Below are positions 13,601 to 25,860 of a DNA stretch of 64,000 nt, in pieces. A program made the translations under genes and the position numbers. The stretch's first letter is position 1. Each line of letters opens with the position of its first letter. This DNA comes from Lama glama (lineage: Eukaryota), in contig CM052832.1 in assembly GCA_028534125.1 (NCBI GenBank), positions 9,860,001-9,924,000 of the forward strand, given 5' to 3'. Below the pieces are notes generated by a model. The model searched no databases and was not told where the DNA came from. It saw only the letters and a list, made by a program, of their open reading frames with translations.

Positions 13601-14494
13601 GCTTGGAACAGATAAAGTAATTATTTTCAAATGGTGATCAGAGGAGGGTGAGGTCAGAGTGGGCTGCCTGGAAGAGGTGGCCCTGGAAGCAGGACTTCCA
13701 GAGATGAGTGGGCATTAGACAGTCTGTGGGAGGGGGATAGGGTAGGGGGAGCATCTGGAGGCCTGGATTGTGTTGGGGAGAGAGTGAGGAGGCCCCCTTA
13801 GCTGACTTGGTTAAAGTAGGGAGATTCTGGATACTTTGAAGGACCCACTAGGGAGTCTGGACTTTATCTGGTGGACAGTGGGGAGCCATTGGGGAATGAC
13901 CTTTCTTTGTTGCTCAATCCGTTTTGTTTCTGCTCTCTTGTTCTCTCAGGGCTGTTTTCTTTCTCCACTTCTCCAAAGACAATAAACTCTTCTTTCTGCT
14001 CTTCAGTTTCTTCTCTCTGATCCCTATTCACCCCCATCCCATTGAGCCACACTCTGTTCTGCTCAGCTGTCCTGGCCTGTTTCCCCCGCCTGCTTCTGTC
14101 TGGCTTCCCCTTCCTCTCCCTGGCCCCTGACCCACCTTCCCTGGGACTGGGGTTGGCTGGACTTGGACTTGAGGGGAGAGGGACACTCGCATGGTGTGAT
14201 CCCTTGGTGGGAACCAGTGTGGTGGTGACTGAGCCCAGAGGATACCCTCGGTTCTGACATAGCCTGCTAACCCCTTCAGGGAACAACCCTCTCCCAATCA
14301 CGTGGCTAAGGCTCATTAGGAGAATCTTACTTTGCATTTGTCAACCTGATGAATGGAGAAACAGATTTTCCTAACAGATAAATTAGAGAGTGATGGGCCT
14401 TCATTTTCTTGTTATTAAATTTAGCCTAAAAGGATATTGAACCAGATAGGAACCAGACTGCAGAAAACTAGTGTCTCTTCTGTCTCCTTTCAAA

Positions 14495-14632
14495 CATCCA
14501 TCCATCTATCCATCTAATATATCCATGCATCCATCATATCCATCCATGTACCCATTACATATCCATCCATCCGTCCATCACTTCATGCATTATATCCATT
14601 ATATCCATGCATGCATCCATCCATGTATCTAC
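14495..14632. repeat. Degenerate (CATC)n tetranucleotide repeat
   Basis: CATCCATCCATCTATCCATC...CATCCATCCATG. Confidence 0.9.
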
Positions 14633-15324
14633 CAAATGTTTATTGAGCACCAAATTAGACGCTTTATATTTAATCCTTACAGAAACTCTCCAAGATGGAC
14701 ATTATCCTCACTTTGCACATGAGGATACTGGGATCCTGTGAAGTTAAGTAAGTTGCTGAAGGTCACTCAGCCAGTAAGTGACAGATCTGGGTTTCAGCTC
14801 TACTTACATCAAAACACATGCTCTTTGTGCTGGATCAGATGGCCTCCCTGGGTGTCCCTAGTGCCTCATTTTGAGTATGGAACATAACAGCCATGCTACT
14901 GCATGAACGGACAGGCATGCCAAGATTCTAGAATGCTGGAGTTCCATAGTTCTGTCCTAGAAGCAGCCTGGGGGTGGAGAGAATGCTGGGCTTCCAGTTG
15001 AATTGGCATTTGCTACTGGTAACCTAATGTTGCCATCTCCACCCCTGCAACGGAGGCTTCTTCTTCACGTAACTTGCAACCCAGGCACGTCCTTGTTTCT
15101 TCTCTTCATTTAGCCAGCTCTGCTTCTAGGGGCAGCCCTATCTCCCACAGGTAGGATCGTTCTAGGTACATGCTTGGCCACTGCTTCCAGCCCCACCAGT
15201 CTCCCACAGCCACTGGGCTCTTGTGCGCCTGCCTCTCAGCTTCTCCATAGGATGACTAGCCCTCATCTTACTCTGGCCCTTTTGCTGGCCTTTTGTTAAG
15301 CGTTGGCATTAGCTGCACAATTCC

Positions 15325-15800
15325 AGGTCAAAACTGCCTCCTCAGGCCCTATTGGCTGAGAAAAGGATGTGAGTGCAGGTGGTTGACTTGGGAGGTGAGC
15401 CCAGGAAGCATTAGCAGTGGAGTAGGTGAGTGAGACATGGAAAGGAAGGAAGCCTGTAAGACGTGTGTCAGGGAGCAGGTCACTGCTGTGGGCAGCTGTG
15501 GCTCAGTCTCACTAGGGATCTTTGTAGAAAGTGCATTATCAAGGTTTCTTTTCTTTCTTTCTTCCTTTTTTTTTAAGTTGAAGTATAGTCAGTTTACAAT
15601 GTTGTGTCAATTTCTGGTGTACAGCATAATGTTTCAGTCATGCATATACATGCATATATTCCTTTTCATATTCTTTCTCATTATAAGTTACTACAAGATA
15701 TTGAATACAGTTCCCTGTAGAACATGCTTTAGAGTTACCCAGCCGTGGGACAGGCTGAGGGAATTGGATATTCCCCTCAGTCTTTGGCTGGGGGGGCCGG
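15325..15800 (-). mobile_element. LTR16/LTR33-like ERVL LTR interrupted by an L1 3' end
   Basis: AGGATGTGAGTGCAGGTGGTTGACTTGGGAGGTGAGCCCAGGAAGCA...GAGCAGGTCACTGCTGTGGGCAGCTG, reverse-similar to the element at 53690-53927. Confidence 0.55.
15545..15718 (-). mobile_element. 5'-truncated L1 3' end (cetartiodactyl/camelid type)
   Basis: T-rich tail followed by TTGAAGTATAGTCAGTTTACAATGTTGTGTCAATTTCTGGTGTACAGCAT...TTGAATACAGTTCCCTGT, a typical artiodactyl L1 3' UTR. Confidence 0.85.
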
Positions 15801-18800
15801 GGTGCTACCTCCCTTGGCTCTGGCGCACACAGGTGCTGGCAGTTGGAAGTGCTCAGGTGGGCAGGAGAGACTCACCGAACACAGGCGTGGTGGTCCAGCC
15901 AGTCCCTTGGAGCGTGCCTCTTGTCAGGCCCTTTTCCCACAGCTCCCTTCTCTCCATGCCCATGAAGCTGCTACCTGCTAGCTGCCTGGCGCAGACCCTT
16001 CCCACTGGGGCCAGTCACCGGTACCACATTCCCTGTGTTCCACAGATACTTAAGGTGCACCTACTACGTGCCAAGTGCCAGGAGAAGAAGAAGAAGCTGT
16101 CAGGACCCCTCTGGATGTTCACAGCAGAGGAAGGGGTCCAGTGTGGAGGAGGTCCTCTGCAGATGCCAGACACGGCAGCCCTTTCCGGCCCGTCTGAGGC
16201 GAGCAGACTCCTTTGAGCTCTGCATCCTCTCCGGGAGGGTGGGGCCAACATTCTGGGCAGCCACAGAGCCGAGCCACCTTCGAGTCCCCTCCCAGCTCTC
16301 CCACGCTGAGGCTGTGATTGTAGCGGTTTTTCTGACTTCCTTTTCCTTTCTCTGCTGCCCCTGCCTCTTCCCCTCCTGGGGCCACTAGGCCCATGGCGGC
16401 CACGTGGCTGCCTTTTAGTCAGTCGGGAACTGAGCCTTCTAATACCCTCCCTCCGTGTCTCTATGGGGAACAGGATGCAATCTCGGGCTGGGAGAGGAGA
16501 GGGTCAGCTTCTTCACCCTTCTTTGTCCTGGTGAAGGCCCTGCCTGGTGCCTGCTTCCTGCAGAGGGGCCTCCTCCCCTTGGCTCCTGCTCCCACCCCAC
16601 AGACTCACACTAGCTCCCCTGCCTTAGGGACCTGGGGAAGGGGCAGAGTTAAGAGAGGGAGGTGGTGTGTAGGTAAGGCCTCCTGGTCTGGGGGCGTGGG
16701 GCGGGGGAGGGCAGGAGACAGGGATGGGGCAGGTGCCGGTCCTGGCGAGTACACACACTACACACGCTCCAAACTCCATACTGGGCCACAGGCAGGCCTG
16801 CCAAGTCCCAGTGCCTTTGACTCATCTCTCCGGCCGCCACCCACAGACTTTCCCCTTGATGTTTTCACTTCCAAACCAGGTTTGGTCAGGGCACGTGTGC
16901 CAGGGCGGCGGGGGCAGGAGAGTGTCAGCCTGGGCTGGCCAACCTCGTTTCCTTTGACATTCTCCCCCTACTTACCCGTGGCATCTGTTTCCCACCCCGT
17001 GGGCAGGGCCGGTGTTGGCAGAGTGAACATCTATCGTGTACCTGCCCCACTTGGATAGAAAGGTGGCTGTACTTATTCGGGGCGGGAGTGTCAGGGTGAG
17101 GGCTGGGAGGACACAGGGGATTACCTGCAGTGGGATGGAAGGGGGCGGCTTATGATGAGGCTTTCGGTTTGTTTCAGGTTGGAGCTTAAGCAACTCTGAT
17201 CCAGGGAGGAGATATAGGCAGCCTCAGGTCAGCTGCCCGAGTCTCACCCCTGTAGGGGAAGCTGGGGAGTCAGGAGGACACGGAGCTATGATGGTAGGAG
17301 ATCACAAATGGGGAGATCCAAGTGACAGATGTCCCTCCCCCACCTGACACGCACAAAATCCAGGGTGCTCAGTTCCTTTCTCTGCCCGACAAAGGACAAA
17401 GTGCTTCTTGTGGTGTTTTAGGACAGGAAAAAGGGTGGGTGAGCTGCTGTGTGCCTCCTGAGAATAAGACCACTGTGGGGTTGATCTCATAGCTGTGTGT
17501 GTTTTGGTGGGGTGGGGATGGGGCAGGTGGAGGCAACTCCCTCACTCCATTGCCTGGGGCGGGACATGGCTGTACCAGGCCATCTCTCACGTGGGGAGAG
17601 GTTGGCTTTCCCGGCAGGTCTCTGGCTTCCAGAGGGACATGGGCTAGAGGTGCCAGCCGGAGCGAACCTGGGCAGGGCAGGAGCAAAGCCAAGTTCTGGG
17701 TCTGGGGCCCTGGGCTGAGTGAGGGCTGGGCGAGGAGCCCCTGGGTTTTGTGTCCCTACAGACCATTTCCAGGAGCCCAGCTCACGGCAAGGCCGGGCCA
17801 CAGGGGACCCAGCCCGGTGAGTGCCGGTAGCGGGGGAGAGAGCCTGTGGTTGTCCGGCAGTCCCTGCCTGCGCCGGCCGCCCTGGCCTACCCCCACCAGG
17901 CATGAGTCAGACCGAAAGCAGAAGCTGCCAGACATTGCGCAGGGTGAAGCGAGGCAGAACCAGCAGTGCTATTTTGGAACCTGGTTAATTCCCCCTCCTG
18001 TCCCCCAGCTCTCTTCACTCAGGGCTCCCACCCACTCCTGGTCGCCAGCTCTCTGCCTTCCTCAAGGCGACCGTTGGGGTGGGGCTTGATGTCCCTGGCA
18101 TTTATGGGTGGGGGGATGTTGCTTAAAGCTCCTCCCCTTGCCGGACGCCCCCTCCCTGGCCAAGAGGTGCTGGCTTCCCTGGAACCCGCCTTCTGGGCTT
18201 CAGGAGGGCAGAGCGCCCCCTCCTGGTGAGAGCCTGCAGGCAGGGGAAGGGATGGTCAGTGGCTTTCAGCACTGCCCGCCCTCCAGCCACTCTCAGGCTA
18301 GCTATCAGCCGCCTCTCCCAGGGCTGAGAGCTGACAAGAGGTGGGAGCCTCTCCCGGCAGTGACTCTCAGAAGTTTGGGAGGGATTTCCAGACCCGGAGG
18401 GGAGATATTTTGGGGCCAAGGGCCTTTCCAGAACCTGTGACATCATGCTCCCTGCAGCAGCCCCCACTGACCCCCTAGTCAATGGTCCTTTCTTGGGCAT
18501 CCTAGGCCTACTTGAGGCCCCACATTTTAGGGTTTCTTTGGAGGCTGCATGAGCCTAGGGGCCCCTGGCAGTCCAGTCCACAGTGGTGAAAGAGGTCCGT
18601 GCGTGTGTGTTTCTGAGCTGAAGATGAGGATACGTAGGTGAGAATGTTACCCGCCTGTGGTCGGGGCATGGGGGTCTCTACCGCTCCTAAAGCTGTGTGT
18701 TTGGTGAGAGGGTGGGATTTGCTGCTGCTCCGTGTGAGTGTGTGCGTGGGAGATGGGCGCAGCCTCTGCCTGCTATGTGTTGATGTTTCTCAGGGAAGCC

Positions 18801-19589
18801 CTTAAGTCAGTTCTCCACCCAGCTATTTACCCCCTAGAAACCTGGGGTGGTGGGTTTCACACACTGGGGCGGGGGGCTGTCAGCAGGCATGTTGCAGGTG
18901 ACCGATTAGAATGTGGGTCCCTGTTAAGCTCAGGTGAGCAGGACCTGGGTTTTTCATTGCTCAGCTGGATTTGGGGCTTAGGCAGGGGAAGTGGAAGGGC
19001 TGAGTACTGTGGGGGGAAGAGGGGTCTCCTAGGCCCACTGCAGGGGCCCCAGCACCCCCACGCCTCTGTGGACCATATGGCATAGCACACAGACCCAGCC
19101 TGGCCTCAGGGTTGTCTGTTCTCTGCTGGAGCCGATCCTGGGTGGGCAAGTCCTGGGGCAGTGTGATGGCAAGTGTGCGTGTGTGTGCAATGGTGTGTGT
19201 GAAGGAGATGCTATGTGTGTACGTGGGTTTGTCTCACATGGCCTGTCTGGGTTGCTTTCCCACTAGGAACTGAATCAGTTTTCAGGCCATTCCCTTCAGA
19301 TGGAGACTTTTTCCCCTCCTGCCCGGGGCCAGAGCCCCAGGACCAAGAAAGCATATAAGTCCAGAACTGACCTGCAGCCCTCTGTTCCCACATCCACCTT
19401 GGCTTCTGGGCCTGAGAGTTTGGGCTGTTTCATTATGGGGTTCAGAAGGGCTGAGCCTGTCCCTTAAAGTATCTCTCTCCATCAGGGGCCTGCACCTCCC
19501 TGCTCTCCCCTCCTGCTTGTCACCAGTTTTCACACTTGGAACCACCAGGTGATAAAGCCCCCAGCAAGCTGCAAGTAGAGTGACTTTAA

Positions 19590-19728
19590 TAAGCCCACAG
19601 ATTTCCTCGGATGCCATGCTGAAGTGCAGGTTCTGACTCTGTAGGTCTGGGATGGGGCCTGAGAGCCTGCATTTCTAACCAGCTCCTGGGGATGTGGTGC
19701 CTGTGGATCCCACTTTGAGTGGCGAAGG
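19590..19728. mobile_element. MER5-family DNA transposon relic
   Basis: GGTTCTGACTCTGTAGGTCTGGGATGGGGCCTGAGAGCCTGCATTTCTAACCAGCTCC...CACTTTGAG. Confidence 0.75.
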
Positions 19729-19794
19729 CTTATAAGGCCCTCATTCATCTAAACTCCAGCCAGATGGACACTGCTCACCCAGCCAGGGAACGAA

Positions 19795-19995
19795 CACTCA
19801 TGGGCCACCCCCTAGGTGCTGGGCACCTCTCACACTTCAGCTCCTTTGATCCCCTCACCTACTCTGAGGGAGATGGTGTTACTACCATCCTATTTTGCAG
19901 ATGGGGAAACTAAGGCTCTGAGAGGTTAAGTACCTATCCTGGGTCACACAGCTGATAAGTGGCAAAGCCAGACTTGAACTCCGGTCTGTCAGGTC
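19795..19995. mobile_element. MIR
   Basis: ATTTTGCAGATGGGGAAACTAAGGCTCTGAGAGGTTAAGTACC...GGTCACACAGCT. Confidence 0.8.
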
Positions 19996-20779
19996 AAGAG
20001 TCCGTGAGAAATCCACTAAACTCAGCTGTCTTCCAGAGAGCGGACGCAGAAGGATGAGATGCAGTGAAGGGCGATGGGTAAGGGCTTGGATTGCAGCTGT
20101 CAGGGGGCAGCAGGGGCAGCCCTGGGTAGGTCTGGGGGCAGCACCTTGAGGGGGAGGAGGGACTGAGTGGGGAATAGTCCTGAAAGAGACCAGAGCTAAG
20201 TGGGGCTGGATACCAGCCCCACCTGCCTAGTCCAGAGCACCCCCCACTAATGGGCTTACTGCTCCCTGCTTGCTTTGTCACGCCCTTTCCAGACTGACTC
20301 CCCGCCTGGGCATCCAGCAGGCTGCAGTGTCCTGTGTCCTGGACAGGCGGAGGCTGGGTGTGCAGACCCCCAGACCAGGCACCTCCACTCCACTACCTAC
20401 CAGCGTGTGACCCTGGGCAAGTTGTGAGCCTCTCTGCCTCAGTTGCTCCCTCTGTGAAGTGGGGGAAATTACTACTTCCCCAAGAGTATATGTTTTGAGG
20501 ATTACGTCAGTAATATGTATCAACTCAGAACTACACCTGCTGCATAGGAATCAGTGCGAGTAGTAACTAGTAAACGAACACCTGCTGGTTTGTACCCGGA
20601 GACCACGGGCCACCTTCTGTGAACTGTCATCAAGGCTCATGGGTGTTTTTCTTCTTTCCTTTTCCCCTCCAATCTTCTAGTGTCTTCTTTTATTAGGCAA
20701 AGCCTGGATATTTCGGTTATAAAGAGGTTGTTTTCAAAGTACTCAGCGACAGACTAAATTCTTAAAAATGAAGCCAAAC

Positions 20780-21335
20780 AGTAGAAGTTCATGGTAGTGG
20801 ATGAGCGACAGGGAGGCTGGAGACTGGAGAAGCAGGCAAGGGCGTGGGCGGCGCGGCGCGGCAGGGAGGAAGCAGAGGAAGCCCCCAAGGGCAGGGGCAG
20901 GAGCCAGGCGCCGGCGGGCGAGCTGTGGGACCCAGGCCTGGGGCAGGGAGGGCCGGGTTTGGAGCGAGGCTTTGGGTCGGGAGCCAGAAGCCACTCCGTG
21001 TGCTGGCTGTGTGCTCCTCGGTGCCCCTGGCTGCGTCCTCTCATATAGGGAGTCAGTGAGCCTTCCCTGCCCAGGTGGCCAGCAGAAGGGCTGGGGTGCG
21101 CATCGCTCTCTCCTGAAGAGATGGACAAGCGAAGGCTGGGTCCCCAGAGCTGATGCAGCTCTGGAGAGGAGTTCCTGGGTGTTGGAAAACAATGCCCGGC
21201 TCTCCTGTCCTAGCCCCACAGTTTGGTTCTGCGTCCTGGTCCGGGACACATCCGCGCCGCCCAAGCCGTGCGCATGCGCAGACAGAGCAGGAAGGGGCCG
21301 GCCATGGGTCCCCACCAGCCCCTTCACGTGATCAG
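20780..21335. promoter_or_regulatory. CpG-enriched intronic promoter/enhancer candidate with ETS, NRF1 and CLEAR-type motifs
   Basis: GGGCGGCGCGGCGCGG; GAGGAAG at 20866 and 20875; TGCGCATGCGCA at 21269-21280; TCACGTGA at 21324-21331. Confidence 0.55.
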
Positions 21336-24300
21336 TCAGGGGTCTAAGGCCCGGAGAGGGGATGGGACATGCCAGAAGTCACAAAGCTGGGTGGTGAGAC
21401 AGTCAGATGCAGTTTTTCAATCCCACTGTGCCCTTTCAGAACCGACTCATTCAAGATGGTCCAAACTGTTGGGTCCCAAACCCATGATGGAGTCTTGAGC
21501 CTTGTCTTCCCTGGTGAGGGGGTGAGGAACATCAGTGACCTATCATCCACCAAAACTTAGTTGATCTTCCCTCAGCAGGAGGATGGGAGCAGGTGGGCTG
21601 AGTTGGGCCGCGGGGGAGGTCGTGCGGGGGTGGGGAGGGGGGTGGGGCCATTGGAGGCCCAATCTTGAAACCCTTCCCTCTCTCCTCAGGCCCTTTTTCT
21701 ATCTCGGAGGCCATCTGTGTTGTCCTCCCCTCCCTGCCCCTCCCTCTGCACATACACCTCAGCTGTGGACCAGTGCCAGATCTCTGGTCCATATAATCGC
21801 ATTTCTGTCTAGCCAGTTTGATATAATTTCCCCCTGAGGCCCTCTCATGCCCCTTGTTAACCACCTCAGTGAGATCCAGACATATGGTCCCCTGAGCCCT
21901 GGGCATGGATGGATCTTGGCAGTTTAGCAGAAGAGAGTCTGCAGGTGGGCAGAGCCTGGCCTGTGTTTTGGGGCATCTGGGAGGGTGGAGAAGTGTGCAG
22001 GCCTCTCTGGGACCCTCTGTAGAATTTATCGAGGGCAGCATGAAGTGCAGGGAGTGAGACAGGGCTGGGAGCTTACAGGGATGATAATCCATCTACATGG
22101 GTCTTCCCTGTGGGCCTCTGGTTTCCTCATAAGAATGAAGCTGGTGGGGGTCACACACCTGAGAGAGACCTGGGCTTGCCTCCCCACTTCACTGTGTTCT
22201 TGCAGTGTGGCCTTGGGCAGGTCCCTTAACCTCTCTGAGTCATGGTTTTCTCATCTGCCAGAAGTTCTGCTTGTCTCATGAAGTGTTTGTGGGGGACAGA
22301 TGAGACTTGATATGGGTCATGTTCTTAGTGCAGTTCTTAGAGGGGACCCAGAGTGTTTGCTGAATGAGTGGACAGGTGGCCACTGAGCATGAGATGTGTT
22401 GTTGGACGACCAGCCTCCCAGGGCCCCAAGTCTCGTTCTGGGAAGTCTGCTGGCTGGGATGGGGTGGAGATTCTGAGGAAGAAAGCTGACTTCTCTGGGA
22501 GCTTCCCTGTAGCTGGGGCGACTCAAGGTGACCAGAAAACAGTTGGAGAAGAAAGCAGTGTGGCCACAGGCAGCCCACTCAAGAGGACGGGGTGTCCAGG
22601 ATGGGGTGCAGGGGAGAAGGGAAACAGAAGGGTTTCAGCCCCTCACCCCCCTCCAACCCTGGAGAGAGGCGGCTGCCCACTGAGCAGCAGGGTGAGGGTT
22701 TCAGCATCATGTGTGTCTGTGTATGTGAGAGAGAGACAGATAGACAGACAGAGGGTCTACGTGTGTGACTGGGCTGAGTCACAAGAGTGGACACCTGCCA
22801 GGACCTTTCTGGCTTCTCCCCTCTGTGCTTCCCTCAGCCACATGTCCTCCTGGCCTCATGCTTCAAAGCTCACTGGCATTTCTCCCACGCCAGGGTCCAA
22901 CTGATCCCTATGGGACAGGATGGGCGCCTCTCTGGTCTCAGATGGCCTTTGAAGCTGTCCCCCTTGCCGCACAATTGCCTTGCCTTGCCCCGGGCCAGCC
23001 AGGAGGCGCCAGCTCCCACCCTTTCCTGTGGGATGTGAGCTGGGATGTGGGGATGATGGGCCTGAGCTGTGGGCCCTGGAGGGACTGGGAGCAGCAGGCT
23101 GGGAGCTCCTGTGGCTGCCCTTCGCCTCCTCTCTCCTTCCTTCCTCTCCTCCCCACCTCCTGCCTGTGTGCAGGCTCCTCTGAAAACAAGCCCCTGGCCG
23201 TGCTCTCCGAGGCTGCAGCCCTGCAGCCTCCTGCAGGCGCACACTTTCTAGGGCGAGTGTGACTCCCAATTGCTTGTTCTCAATGTTGCAAGCAGCCAGA
23301 GGGCCCACTGTTGCCTTTCATGATCCCTAGGGGACCCAGGTCAGCTAATATAACTTAGACCAGCAGGACCAAGTACCTTCAGTGTGCCGGACACTGTGTG
23401 AGTGCTCTGCCTACTCGTGGTCTCTTTAGAACCCAGAGAGGAGGGCAGCACTCTTCCCCAGCTGCCCCTCCCAAAGTACTGCAGTGAATTTTGTATAATT
23501 TTGTATAATACAAGCTTTGGAAAAGACAATCTTTTAAAACGCAAGGCTTTTGGAGAGTAAACAAAGAGGGTGCCCAGTATTAGGAAAAACTGGCCAAGGC
23601 CTTTCTGCTTCTGGGTGATCGGTAAAGAGAGACGGAGGCTGGGGTGACCATCGGGCAGCGCAGCCCCTGCCTGGGGCCTTGATACGGCGTGTGGACAGTA
23701 AACAGTGACTGAATGGTGAGATCTCCCCTCTGCCATGATTTCAGCCTTGCAGAGGCCTCCACACCCAGCTTCCCTGCTTAGGTCACAACAGCTCTGTGGG
23801 ACAGGTGGCTCCAGCAGGTATGCCCCACTTGACTGATGGAAAGACTAGGCTCAGGCTAGGCTCAGACACAGTCATTCCCAAGGGGCTGGGACTCACCCCC
23901 AAACATTCTGGTGCCAAGTTCCCACAGCATCTTGTGGGCAGGATTGGTGGCTCCTGAGGATCTTATGACACCTCCCCCTCCCCTGGCTTTCTTTGGGTCC
24001 AGCCCAACTGATGCCCCCAGGCCCTGCGGGGACCCTGATGGCCTTGGTAATTTGGAACGGCCTTGTCCTAAGGCGTGGGGATTGTGTGGACATTTCTTGG
24101 TCCGTTTCCTAGTTCATCAGGCCTTCCTTTGCCCCCTCCTCTGCCAGAGGGGCTCAGAGAAGACAAAACAAACCCCAGTCCTGGAATCGTCCTCTCTCTT
24201 CCCTTCCCAAGGCTGCAGGTTAACCCAGGAGGTCCCGGGGTCCTTCTCCCCTGCCTCCGGGAGCCTCAGCACCTGTCTGGGAGGCCTTCCTTTAGTGGTT

Positions 24301-25039
24301 GGTTTGATTTCCCCTCCATAGAAACTGGGCAGCTCCCACACAACTGGTAGTTTGTAACAGACTAGATCAGAAGAAAACTTCTTCCGACCAGAGAACGTGA
24401 TAAATGGCTTAACCAGGCATCCTGGCCTCTGAGCTTCCACACTTTGTTGTTTCAGCCGCCAGACATATTTTTCTTTTTTTCTTTTTTCTGGGAATACAGG
24501 AAATTAACTCTGTCCTTTGAGGAAGGGCAAAGTTTTTCTGCTTGTGTTTGGGGATTCCAGACCATTCCATCGTCCTGGGCACCTCCTGGCCCTCGGGCTG
24601 GATGAAGATCAGCTGCTGGAAACCTTTGATTGTAGAGGGGCTTCTTGAGTGGGAACCTCTAAAATAAAATGTAGAGACCTTGCACCAAGTGCAGGACTGA
24701 GGCCACACCCTGAGCCCCAGGGTTAGGATAGTGGAGCCAGACTGCCAGAGTCCAGCCTTGTCACTCATTAGCTCTGTGACCTTTGGCAAAGGACAGCCTC
24801 TCTGTGCCTGTTTCCTCACCAGTAAAGGGGGGGACAGTATTGGTGCTCACACCATGAAGTAATTGTGATAATTAAGTAAGATGCTTTGACCCAAACCTGG
24901 CACAGACTGAGTACTCCATAAGCATTAGCTACTAGTATAAAATATTTTTCCTGATTAGAAAGATACATGTGTTCATTATAGAAAAAGAACATTCCAAAAG
25001 GTACAAAGGAAAAAAAATCACTCATGATTATGTCATCCA

Positions 25040-25860
25040 CAGAAGTCAGTCATGGCTTAGTATATTTCTTCCCAAGAGGTTTTTCTCCACATATTTGTCC
25101 ATGATGATGATCAGATTTTATAGACAGCTTTGCATCCTGCTTTCTGTCACTTGACATATCCCCATGTTACTTACTGTAAACATAATTTTCCATCAGGAGG
25201 AACACAACATAATTGAACCTTCCTATTCTGGACATTGAGATTCTTTTTGATTTTTCTGTCTGTAATGTGATGGGCATCTTTATGCATAAAAGCCTTTTCT
25301 GCATTTGAGATTCCCCCCTCAAGCTAGTGGATATATCTATTTTTAAGGCTTTGATACATTTTGCCAAATTATTCTTCCAAAGAGGATGTACCACCCTCAG
25401 GCAGTTCTGCTGAAGCTGTGTTGGTACCAAAGGCATTTTAAAGTCATAGCCATACTTGGGTAGAGGCGGGGAGGGTAATTTGCTCAACTCTTTCTTTACA
25501 TTATTTAAGGTCTGCCCTCATTCTTACATAAAATGTTAATGAAAGTATGACACACATACAGAAAAGTGTACAAACTCTGTATGCATTTTCATAAACTCCC
25601 ATGTCACTAACACTTGCATCAGATTACAGAACATTCCCAGTCCCCTCTCCCCCAGCTGTCCTGTGCCATCTCCCTGTCACTCCCTCAAGGGTACCAGGAT
25701 CCTGACTTCTAACACAAAAGATTGTCTTGCCTGTTGTTGAACTGTATATAGATCAATCCCGCTGTGTGCATTTGGCTTCTTTTGTTCACCGTTATGTCTG
25801 TGAGAGTCATCTGAGTTGTGTGTAGCAATAGCTGGTTCACTCCCGTTGCTGAGCTGCATT
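25040..25860 (-). mobile_element. Ancient L1 (L1ME-like) fragments
   Basis: TTTTAAGGCTTTGATACATTTTGCCAAATT; AAAGATTGTCTTGCCTGTTGTTGAACTGTATATA; GAGTCATCTGAGTTGTGTGTAGCAATAG. Confidence 0.65.

Noticed and set aside
15437..16216. Longest ORF in the window (259 aa)
   Set aside because: Chimera of an LTR, an antisense L1 3' UTR and unique sequence; no recognisable domain.
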